A stretch of 64,000 bases of DNA from Convolutriloba macropyga. Its lineage: Eukaryota. The stretch's first letter is position 1, and each line of letters begins with the position of its first letter. Location of the stretch: positions 21,266,001 to 21,330,000 of the forward strand of contig NC_134470.1 in NCBI RefSeq assembly GCF_964194025.1. The letters run 5' to 3'. The notes under the pieces were generated by a model, which saw only the letters and a list, made by a program, of their open reading frames with translations, did not search any database and had not been told where the DNA came from. Made by a program: the position numbers and the translations under genes. Below are positions 1 through 10,419 of this stretch, one piece after another.

Positions 1-975
1 TATCCATAACTGTCTGTTTTTGTTTTAAATCACAACAAAGTTTTCATGGACAACTGCTTCACTTTTCCAATCTAACATCAATGTTTTTCTTAATAAGTCT
101 TAAAGTTCTCGGCTTCAAAACTTCCAAGCGGTTAAAGTCAAAAATGTGATTCGTTTCTTTAGAAATCTACTGTTGCTCGAAACGAGTTCACCTTTGACCT
201 TCTCCGTTTTCGAGTTAGACAACACAAACATTTTGGAGAATATGGCCGTTGGCATCAAACCATTAAATCTGTACAACATTAATCTCCTAGCACTTTTGTT
301 GTTTATTTTAAGTTGCTAAAAGATCCTTATGATTTCCTTTTCCAGAATATGGTACATATTGGTCAATTTTTTTAAATCACAACAACAACCGTGGACAAAA
401 ATTTCAGTTTTCTGCATCAATTTTTTCCCTTATAATTTTATTTTCTCCGCTTCACAACAACCGAGCGTAAGAGATCAACAGCGTGATTGTTTTCGTTATA
501 ATCTTACTGAAGCTTTAAAACAATTTCAGATTCTCTTCCGTTCGTGCCCCCAGTTACAGAGAACGTGCCTTTACATAGTAAATCATTAATTGAAAATATG
601 GAACGTGCGTCTGGGGGGCTTAAATAATGTGCGCCCAATATGCTGGGGGGGCACAAACGGAAAAGATCCCTATTTCGACTCTGGCCTTTCCGGTTCTTGT
701 CTTAGACAACGCAAATTGTGCACTTAATCGTTGTTTCGCGTCTACTGGAACCGGTTTTCGACTTTTCGTCAGTAGAAATTACAATCCTTTTTGTTGAAAG
801 AGTAATATAGAGGTGGGTTGTTGGGGAGCATTAAAATGTGCTACTACCTCTATTTTTTTGGACTTCTGCTGGAACTTTTCTGGTTCCTTTTCATCACGCA
901 TAGAAATACTACAGCAGCGACTTCCATATGTCAGTACCTGTGGTAGAGCAGATAAGTTAAGTCCTAGTTTCAACG

Positions 976-1176
976 CCCGGGCCGAGGATTTTCCCCAAAA
1001 ATAACAAGAGTGTAATAAAGAGTGGAATAAAGAGTGTATAATTATAGTGTATTTTTAAAAGTGTAATAAGGGTGTACTAAAGAGTGTCTTATCCCTGCTA
1101 ATTAAGAGTGGAATTGGCTTTACACCCTTATTCTCGCTTAATAACGGTGGAATACGGGTGTACGCCTCGGCCCGGG
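976..1176. mobile_element. MITE-like element, ~200 bp, with 12-bp terminal inverted repeats and internal ~13-bp subrepeats
   Basis: CCCGGGCCGAGG at 976-987 and its exact reverse complement CCTCGGCCCGGG at 1165-1176. The interior has repeated AAGAGTG(T/G)AATA-like units. No coding capacity and no clean TSD. Confidence 0.65.
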
Positions 1177-2659
1177 AGGCATTCTGACTTTTGATCACAT
1201 ATTTCGGCTCCCTGAGTGTAGAGTATAAGTTGTATTTATTGCGTTTGCTCTTACATTTGATCTCAATCTCCAGTTTTAGAATCTATCAAGGTCATAAAAT
1301 TTGGCTTTTTTACACCATATGGGATTTGGACAGACAGCATTACTCGTGCTTTTTAACGCACCTGTCTTTGTCTTTATTCTACTTTACGTCTAGTTCAAAT
1401 CAACTGAATTTTTGCGCTCACTATCTAGAGCCAGATGAATGGGGCAAAAAAGTGTGTATTCTCCAGTTCTAGTTCAAAGTCAAGCAATCATTTGAGAGAA
1501 GGCTGTAAAAAAAACTCCCAATTAACAGCTGATCGGTTTGAAATTTTTACCCAACTTGTTGCAATAAATTAGATATATGAGAAGAACTTTTCAACAGCAG
1601 CTTATTTCGTCTACGTGCACTTTTTGGGTTTAACGTGCGTTCTAACCAAATATTTTTAGGGAATTTTTTATTTGTTTCATTCTCTTCTAAATTATTCTAT
1701 GATCAGGTATCGCTGGAGTGGAACTCACTGTCATTGTAGCTGCTGTATAAAAGAGTAAGTTTACAGATATTTAAAATTCGCTGGAGATAATATCGGTTAG
1801 CCGTGTCCGCAGCTGTTCCTATTAAACAAGCACATAGGTGCATTCCAAGTAAGAACAGTCCTAGTCAGAACACATATCATGTAAGAACCGTCACAGACCA
1901 AGTAAGAACAGTCACTAAGAACAGTCACTAAACTTATCGTCTTTACGGTTTCAAATGTTCGGCAACAACACGATCAGTCATGCAAATGCTTGAAAGCTTC
2001 AGAAGAAGACTGTTAGATGGATAATCGGTAACAAAGCGATATCTTATATTAGTCAATTAAGATCATTAAACAAAATAACTTTTCCAATGTTCCTGAAGCT
2101 AATTAATTTGCATTACGCTGAAAATTAAATAGAACAAAAAGAAGAGTTTTTACACAAACTTGCACTCAAGGGACTGTCTAGCGACATTTTTAACGTTTGG
2201 AAATGACAAACAGAAAAGCACAAAAGAGATATTTACCGAACAACACAAAAGAGAATAACATCCCCAACGGGTCAAACAAACCGATTGCTAACTTTCATGT
2301 GGAAATTTGTAAAACGAATTGATGACAAAAAATCTCTGCACGTCGTAACTGTTCTACGACTGTCATTTCGTAGAAAAACGAGCATATGTTTTCTTTAAAA
2401 AAACGACTGGCATTTATTTTTCCCTTATGGCAACAGCAAAACCCCCAAAACAACATATTGTGATTTCTACTTCAATAAACTGAGCTGTAGATCAAAAAGC
2501 TGACTTGTACAAAAAAACTTTGAGCGGTGGACCTCCCGTTTTTTGGTCAGAACGAAAAAAATTGACCTTCTGTCCGGAACAAAAGTTGACCTTCTGTCTG
2601 TCTTCTAAGTAATCAGTATAGACAATATTGTACCTGCCTATGACATTTTTTGATAAGAG

Positions 2660-3185
2660 GAGGAGATTATCTTTGATTCCAATGACAGCTAATATTTTTC
2701 TCATCGATTACTTTTATATTCAGACTAGGAACGCCAGGTCTCCATTGCCGTTGGGTGTCTCAAGAGTGAATTGTAAGTTTTTATGAAGAAAATTTGCATA
2801 ATTAAGGTACTCAAAAAGGTTCCCCTGGACAGTGCACATTATGTCGTCCATATAGCTCTTGAATAATTTCAATTCCTGTGTGTCTTCTGTTGTACCTCTT
2901 CCTGTACAATTCAATTCGAACAGATCCATACAATTTCTAGCATGTTCTTATACTCGGTGTCAGTGATACTTTGGCATTTTGCATGTTAGTTTTTTTGCAT
3001 GTTATGAAAATAGTTTTTGCTTGTCATGAAATTAGTTTTTTGAATGATTTGCCCTCAACTACTTTCCCTCGGAGAATAACTCGTCGGTTACAGTTATTTC
3101 GCATTCCCTTCATGTCAGGAGTTTTGTCCTCCCTTCCATCATTTGGTTTCTGCAAGTATTTTTCAAAAAATTTTATCTACAATTA
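2660..3185 (-). mobile_element. Penelope-like element RT fragment, copy A (degenerate, PHD insertion)
   Basis: Minus-strand translation gives ...HAKCQSITDTEYKNMLEIVWICSN... then KLFKSYMDDIMCTV...ANFLHKNLQFTLETPNGNGDLAFL, i.e. PLE-type RT motifs C-E (YxDD; N..H..LQFT.E; L.FLD). Confidence 0.85.
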
Positions 3186-3189
3186 AGGT

Positions 3190-3540
3190 TTAAACAATTC
3201 CATAGCTTGCAGCAGAAGAAACAGCCAAGAGGTAACACAATAAGATACCAGAGCCTTCTTCGTAATTCAGATTGGGAAATAGCCTTTTCTCAGTTTCTCT
3301 GAGAAAAGTTTCTAATCTCCCAAGGTTTGTTTTTGACGGCATGTTACAATTGGAAGCATAAAGGCAAGCATAGTTGACACGTATTTGTAGCTCCATTGTT
3401 AAACCAAATCCAGGTTGAGCTCGATTGCAGTCATCCAAATGTTCATTGTAAGAAAGTTTTATTCATCAGCTAGCAGGTAAGCAGTGGATTGAAAAATAAC
3501 GTTCAGTAGATAAATTTTGAAAAAAGGGAATAGCTAGGGA
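3190..3540 (-). mobile_element. Degenerate LINE (CR1/L2-like) RT 3' fragment embedded in the PLE tandem unit, copy 1
   Basis: Homologous to 5245-5840 and 6600-6880. The last of these reads LPNVIFYSSDYRFADDLKF...QWSYEN on the minus strand (LINE FADD motif). Confidence 0.6.
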
Positions 3541-4014
3541 AGGAATATGAAAGGACAACTGAGTCAGTTGCTGATGGATCTGATCAACAATCTTCTACAG
3601 AATGAGGAAATGAAATGAGAAATGTCGACATCAATATTAAATTGATTTTAAAAGACGAACGTTTGCGAACGTTGCTCTCATTGCCAGATTAAACACTCCA
3701 ATAGAACTAATTGCAATGTACATGAAGTTGTCTTTGACTCCATTTATTGAACTCTAAAAATTAAGTCGAAACTACAGCGATTTTTTGAAAATATCTACAA
3801 TTAAAATCACATTCACAACTTTTTATTTATATTCTTTACACCAAAATTATTTCAATCATTATTCCATAGTTTTTGAAACTCTCGGGTATACTGTTTTTTT
3901 TTCTGAAAAAGAATTTTTTACTTGCATTCTTGTCGTTTGTTATCGTTTTCCTGTTGGGACAAAATGTTGAATTAACATGTACAAGAGTAATTTTTGAATT
4001 TTAAAAGTAACATA

Positions 4015-5240
4015 CTTTGCATTTGAACTAAAACTTTAATGTCAATTCCTGCCCCCCCGATACTCGTCAAGCGTATTTAGTTGCCGTTTATATTTTTATA
4101 CGTAAATTGCTGCTATTATCAATAGTATTTCAAGCCCACGACATGCATCTAAAATTTCCCATTCAATATTTTGTGTTATACCACAACCTTCAACGAGGTG
4201 TTGTCCCACAGGGGGATCTTCATTTGATGCTCAAAATTCTGATGGTGACAGGTCGATTAATTTTGCCAGCAAAGACGTAACAGCATCCAATAAATCCAAA
4301 TTTATATATCAGATACAATCTCAGATTTTTATCAAAGAATGCTTTGAGGGTTTGCAAGCAAGTTTTTAATTCTCTTGTTGTGAAAACGTCTTGAATATCA
4401 CACAATTTCTCAGTCTAATTGCAAAGGTTTGAGTGATATGTATCCTCTGTATTCAACAAAAAATATCGGTTTAAGCCCATTTTTGATAAGATTTTAATTA
4501 TTATATTGAGATGTTGTTCATTCTTGTGAGGTTTTGTTGCAACATTTCCCTCCGTGATCATTTTATATAACGTCTCATTAACAATACTGAAAGACCAGTA
4601 TATTGAATACTGTTTTTCCGTCCACAAACCGTGATTTTTAATGAGAGCAACCTCAAAGGAGTGTCAGTCAATGATTGCATTGAAATTCATAAGTACACAG
4701 CCCTGAGTCACTTTTTTTATCTTGTAATGATGCACAAATACGGAAGTTCAAGATTATGCGGGTATCAGTGGATATTTGATACCAATGACAGCTAAATTTT
4801 TTCCTTTATCGTTTAATTTTATGTTCACGTCTAGGGACGCCAAGTCTCCATTGCCATTGGGTGTCTCAAGAGTGAATTGCAAGTTTTTGTGAAGAGAATT
4901 TGAATACTCAAGGTAATCTAGAGGGTTCCCCTTGACAGTGCACACTATGTTATCCATTTACATCTCGAACAAATAAAGTTCTTGTGTGTCGTCTGGTGTA
5001 CCTTCTCCTGCACAATAAGAAAAGATTCATACAATTTCCTGCATGTTTTTATACTCCGTGTCAGTGATCCTTTGGGATTTTGCGTGAAACCAGTGTTTTT
5101 AAGATCCGCACTCATCTCTTTTCCCTCGGAAAATAACTTCTCGGTTACAATTAATGCACATTCCCTCATGTCAGGAGTTTTGTTCTCGCTTCCCTCATTT
5201 GGTTTCTATAGGTATTTTTCAAAAGATATTATACCCAAAA
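4015..5240 (-). mobile_element. Penelope-like element copy B: RT (with PHD insertion), thumb and GIY-YIG endonuclease region, degenerate
   Basis: ISFEK..KPNEG, PHD-type Cys/His pattern, MDNIVCTVKGNPLDYLEYSNSLHKNLQFTLETPNGNGDLASLDV, then FTTRELKTCL..LK..FDKNL..YLIYKF...GC (GIY-YIG-like) and QHL.E.C. Many stops and frameshifts. Confidence 0.85.
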
Positions 5241-5244
5241 TTAG

Positions 5245-5840
5245 ATTTAAACGATGTCTTCGCCTGTAGCATAAGATATGGCCAAGAGGTAACTCATTAA
5301 GATACCAGAGCCTTCTTCATTTTTTAGATTGGGAATTATTCATTTCACAATTTTTCAGTGAAAAGTTTCTAATATCACAAGGTCTCTTTTTGAAGGCATG
5401 TATCAATTGGAAGCATAATTGTCAATTGGAATAAGCGTACTTTTCACTAGGTTTAATTTGGCCTTTTACCTGGGGATTTATCCTTTCAATGATACGTTTC
5501 TTTTTTTTTATTGAAAAATTTTTTTTGCAATGTTTAAATTCCGGCTTTTACGTCCTGGCTCTAAAACAAATTACTTGGCATACTAAAACTGAGATCTTCG
5601 GCAGACTTTTCATATTGCACGATTCACCGAAATGAACTTGCAGATTAGGCACTTTATTAGGACTAAAAATATGGTATTTTTGAAGTTAAATTTCAAGTTT
5701 TCGTAACTCCATTGTTAAATCAAACCAAAGTTGAGCTCAATAGCGGTCACTTAAATGTTTATTGCAAGAAAAACTTTGAATCATCAGCATGGAGGTAATC
5801 ACTGGAAAGAAAAATAACGTTCGGTAGATAGTTTATGAAA
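5245..5840 (-). mobile_element. Degenerate LINE RT 3' fragment, copy 2
   Basis: Minus strand ...ADDSK...QWSYENLKFNF. It joins the PLE RT at the same point as copy 1. Confidence 0.6.
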
Positions 5841-6324
5841 ATACGGAGAAGTTAAGGAATGAATATAGAAAAACACCCGATTTAACTGCCGATGAATTTG
5901 AACAACAACCTTGTAGAGGATGAGGAATTGAAATGTTGAATGAGAAAATAAAAATTAAGTTGATTTAAAAAAACAAACGTTCTTCGTCAGGTTAAACAGT
6001 CGAATAAAACTATTGACAAAGTATTTAGTCTTGTTTTTGACTCAACCTATTGAAATCTAAGAAATGAATTATGAAATAATATCGAATTTCTAAAACTATT
6101 TTCAGTTTAAATCACATTTTAACGTTTTATTTACATTTATTATACAAAAATTATTTTTCAATCTTTATTCTAGAGTTTCTGAAATTCCCGAGTATAATGT
6201 TTTCTGTTCCTGAAAAGCAGTTTTTACTTGCATTTCTATCTGTTGCTATCCTTTATTTGTTGAGGTTGACAAAATTTTGAATTAACAAGTACCAGAAAAA
6301 CTTTTGAAAACCGAAAGTCAAGTG

Positions 6325-6530
6325 TTTTGCATTTGAACTAATAATTGCATGTCAGTTCCCGCCCCAGGTACTCGTCTTGCGTATTTAGTTGCGATTTTCA
6401 GCGTTTTGATGTAAATCGCCTTTATTCCATTTTTTTCAACCTCGCGAATAGCATCTAAAATCTCCCTTTCAGAAATATGTGCTGCACCACAACATTCAGT
6501 GAGGTGTTGTCTCACAGGGGAATCTGTTTT
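6325..6530 (-). mobile_element. Penelope-like element GIY-YIG C-terminal fragment
   Basis: ORF 6318-6515 (RQHLTECCGAAHISEREILDAIREVEK..IKAIYIK) is homologous to 4020-4220 and 7380-7490. Confidence 0.7.
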
Positions 6531-6599
6531 TTAGGAGATTTTGAGTGGATTTCATACGTGTCTTTTACTTTAATGGATTTTTTAGAACATTCAATACTC

Positions 6600-6880
6600 T
6601 TTTCTACGAGTTATCTCTAAATTAAATTACTTTGCACTGTAATAACAATATCTGTGGCGGACAATACATTGCAGTATCGATTCAACCAACTTAGGCGCTT
6701 TATTAAGAATAATAATATGTCTTTTTTAAGCTAAAAATTCACATTTTCGTAACTCCATTGTTAAACCGAAACCAAGTTGAGCTCAAAAGCGGTCACCCAA
6801 ATGTTCATTGTAAGAAAACTTCAAATCATCAGCAAAGCGGTAATCACTGGAATAAAAATAACGTTCGGTAGTTATTTTAT
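6600..6880 (-). mobile_element. Degenerate LINE RT fragment, copy 3
   Basis: TTTGCTGATGATTTGAAG (FADDLK) on the minus strand near 6815-6833; homologous to the other two copies. Confidence 0.6.
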
Positions 6881-8261
6881 GAATATACGGAATAGTTGAG
6901 GAATGAATGAATAAAGAAGAACACCCGAGGTAACTGTCAAGGAATTTGAGCAAGAATTTTGTAGATGATGAGGAATTGAAATGAGGAATGAGGAATAAAA
7001 AAATTGATTTTAAAAATACTAACGTTTTCGAATATTGCTTTCTTTGTCTAGTTAATTACTCGAATGAAACTATTTATAATGTATATAGTCTTGTGTTTGA
7101 GTCAATTTTTTTAACTTCAAATGATTTAAGACAGCAAAGACTTTTTTAAATTATTTACAGTTGAAGTCACACTTACAACATTTTATTTACACTTTACACA
7201 AAAAATTTTTCACTCTCTATTCCGAAGTTTCGGAAATTCCCAGATATACTGTTTTCGTTTTCTGAAGAGCAGTTTTACTTGCCTTTATCTCTGTTGTTAT
7301 CCTCTGCTGGTTGAGGTTGACATAATTTTGAATTAACATGTACCACAATAACTTTTGAACTTCAAAAGTCAAAAATTTTGCATCTGAACAAATACTTCAA
7401 TGTCAATTCCTGCCTCCGATCATCGTTCCTCGTATTTAGTTGAAGATTCAGCTTTTTGACGTAAATCGTTGTTATTTTTTATTAGTTTTTCAACTTGTTT
7501 TTAAGGCAAGTTTTTAATTTTGTTCTTGTAAAAATGACAGGAATATCACACAATTTCTCAGTTTACTTGCAAAAGTATGAGTGATGTTTCCTCTGTAATA
7601 GAAAAAAGAAATCGATTTAAGTCCATTTCTGTTGGGACTTTTAATTTTTTTGAGATGTTGTTCATTTTTGTGGGGTCTTTCTTTAACTTTTCTATTTGTG
7701 ACTATTTTATCGAACGTCTCCTTTATATTCCTGGAAGACCACACAATCGAATACTGTTTTTCAGTCTAGATTTTCTGATGTTTCTTAGGATCTACTTCAA
7801 AGGATGCAACCAGTCAAGGGTTGCATGGAAAATTTTATGCACAGTCATTTGAATTACATTTTTTTATGTTTTAACGGTGCACAGCAACGGAAGTTCAAGA
7901 TTTTGCCGGTATCGGTCAATATTTGATACCAATGACAGCTAATTTTTCTCTCATCGATTAAATTTATTTTCAGATCTAGGAACGCCAGGTCTTCGTTGCC
8001 GATGGGAGTCTCAAGAGTGAATTGTAAGTTTTTTGTGAAGAGAATTTACGTACTCAAGGTAGTCTAGAGGGTTCCCCTTGACAGTGCAGACAAATTCTTA
8101 CATAAACATCTTCAATAATTTCAATTCCTGTACCTTCACAGTTGCACTTTTCCATGTACAATACGAACAGATCCTTACAGTCTCCTGCATGTTTTTTTAC
8201 TCGATGTCAGTGATACTTTGGCATTTTGCATGAAAGCATTTTTGCATGATTTGCACTCGAC

Positions 8262-9642
8262 AAAACCATGTTGACTCTTATTTGACAAAACCATGTTGAC
8301 TCATAGTTATGAGCTTTCGAAAATGCATTGTGCAAGATTTTTCAAAAGTTCCTAACTAAGAGTCAAAATGGTTTTGTCTGGAGAAGATCTGTGCAAACAA
8401 ATATGCTGTTGTTTCTCAAAGGAATATATAAATTTTTTGATCACGACACTCACTCAGAGATAATTGTTTTCTACGCTGACTTATCAAAAGTTTTTGGCGA
8501 AGTACCTCTTTTTGAATTAATTCAAAAGTGGACTGACAATAGAGTTGGCGGATATTTGCTTGAAATGTGAATCGAATATTTGAAAATTCGCCGACAATAA
8601 TATGTGCGTGTGGACAGTACATGTTGAAAGAAACTCGATATAACAAGCGGGGAACCACAGGGGTCGCTCCTAGGCCCATTACTGTTCTGTGTATTTATTA
8701 GAGATCTTCCAGATGTCCTGATGTTTCCTGAGTCGTTTATCTTTGCTGATGATCTTAAAATTTTGGCTGTGCAAAGAAGCTACTGGGAAGTTCAAGATGA
8801 TCTACATAGGATTGAGAACTGGGTAATCAAAAATAAAATGTAGCTGGCAATGAACAATTAAGCATATCTGAAAATCAGAGGTAGGGACCAACAGAACAAA
8901 TTGATGGGAAAAAATTGGCAAAAACCGCGACTGTCAAAGATCTTGGTATTCACGTGGCCATTGATGTATCGTGGAAGCAGCATATTGAATAAAGAATGAA
9001 GAAAGCAAACAAAGTTTTGTACAAGCTTAAGCGAAATGTTGCAATTAAAGTAAACCCGTTTGTGAAATTGGGATCATATAAGTCCTTAATTTTGCCGTTA
9101 CTCTTGTATGGTTTCACGTGCCCTGTCAGCAGGAAGAACTGAATTTCAAATTAGAATAGTTTTTAAAAAAGATAGTCAAATGGACACCGAGAAATAAAGA
9201 AACAAAATACAAAAGCCAGGTTTGACAATTAAACATATTGCAACTACCAGTGTTTATCCAGCTTAACGACCTTTTACTAGTTTCCAAAGCTCTGAAAGAA
9301 GAGAATAGCGGCATCGAACTACAAGAAGTACATACGAAAGAAAAGTGGAACAACAAATTTTCAAAATAACGAAAACTCAAACATAGAAAGTGAGCAGCGA
9401 ATTCACCTTTAAAACATGTCGAACTGCAAAACACCTAGAAAATTTATTAAAAAAGAGAACCAGTTGGACTGAAAAACCGAATGCTACGAAAAATGTGGAA
9501 TTTTTTTGAGAAGAAATTTTCTGAGTAAAATTTATGCACTTGGAATTTGTTCTGCGATTGTCAAAACTGTAGAAGTTATTGGCCATTATTTTAATTTGAT
9601 GACGGGGACTTTAGACCCTTCAGCACAGCTGTAAATCCCAAC

Positions 9643-9676
<34 letters not shown>

Positions 9677-9690
9677 ACAAGAACAACAAC
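8262..9690 (+). mobile_element. 5'-truncated non-LTR retrotransposon (CR1/L2-like) RT, nested in PLE copy C
   Basis: YADLSKVF, TSGEPQGSLLGPLLFCVFIRDLP, FIFADDLKI, C-terminal CTWNLFCDCQNCR and a (CAA)n tail. Flanked by ACTCGAC at 8255-8261 and 9689-9695. Confidence 0.9.
9639..9690 (+). repeat. (CAA)n microsatellite, LINE 3' tail
   Basis: About 17 imperfect CAA units directly after the LINE 3' UTR. Confidence 0.9.
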
Positions 9691-10290
9691 TCGACCTTCG
9701 GAAGGTAATGCGTCGGTTACAATTATTTCTCATTCCCTTCCTGTCTTGTCAGTATTTTTGTTTTTCCTTCACTCATTTGGTTTCTGCAAGGATTTTTCAA
9801 AAGATATCCACAAATTTGCCAAAATTACCGCCAGCGAAGCACCCATGGCTAATCCATCCGATTGAGTGTACAACATTTTTTTACACTTAAAGTGAACATT
9901 CACTACGGGTATTCTCAAAAAGCTCTTCATAGCTGACCTCAGAATCTCTGGGGCCTCGTCACTGGAGTACAATTCTTTCAGCGCAATTTTAATTGCCTCT
10001 TCAGCCGGTGCAATCTTTAACGAACTGTGGTCTATTTTTTAGGTAAACTTCTATGAGCTTCACGAGTTTTCCATCAATCTCAATTTTTGGTTGCTTGAAG
10101 AGGAGTAAAACGATAAGTCAAAAAGAAAACATAAGCCTCATGCGAATCGTTATCAATTGTTTCAAGAATATCACAAAGAAAACAATTGATGGGTAACAGT
10201 TGTAGGATAACGAAACGCCGTTCTCTGAACCCGAATTGTATCACAACGGGGACGCATTAGTATCAGGGGAATGAGCCCTCGTCGTTAGGG

Positions 10291-10419
10291 NNNNNNNNNN
10301 NNNNNNNNNNNNNNNNNNNNNNNNNNNNNNNNNNNNNNNNNNNNNNNNNNNNNNNNNNNNNNNNNNNNNNNNNNNNNNNNNNNNNNNNNNNNNNNNNNNN
10401 NNNNNNNNNNNNNNNNNNN
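10291..10419. other. Assembly gap (N run)
   Basis: Run of n characters. Confidence 1.

Larger units (their letters stand above)
7380..10200 (-). mobile_element. Penelope-like element copy C (longest), interrupted by a LINE at 8262-9688
   Basis: ORF 9769-9972 VHFKCKKMLYTQSDGLAMGASLAVILANLWISFEK is PLE RT motif B' (Q..G..MG). It continues across the insertion into VECKSCK..FHAKCQ..ICSYC and LQFTLETP.GNEDLAFLDL. Confidence 0.85.

Noticed and set aside
1847-1932. Short repeats AAGTAAGAACAGTC / TAAGAACAGTCAC as a CRISPR-like array
   Set aside because: Eukaryotic context, irregular spacing, no unique spacers or cas genes; simple slippage or subterminal repeats.
3095-3102. First PHD Cys codon reads CGA, TGC and AGA in the three copies, each one step from TGA (selenocysteine idea)
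   Set aside because: No copy actually has TGA, no SECIS was recognised, and ordinary decay explains it.
3455-3475. CTGATGA on the minus strand (also near 5781 and 6824) as a PLE hammerhead ribozyme core
   Set aside because: It is the coding sequence of the LINE ADD motif (GCT GAT GAT); no stem II/GAAA arrangement follows.
10284-10290. TTAGGG next to the gap as a telomeric repeat
   Set aside because: Only a single unit is visible; uninformative.
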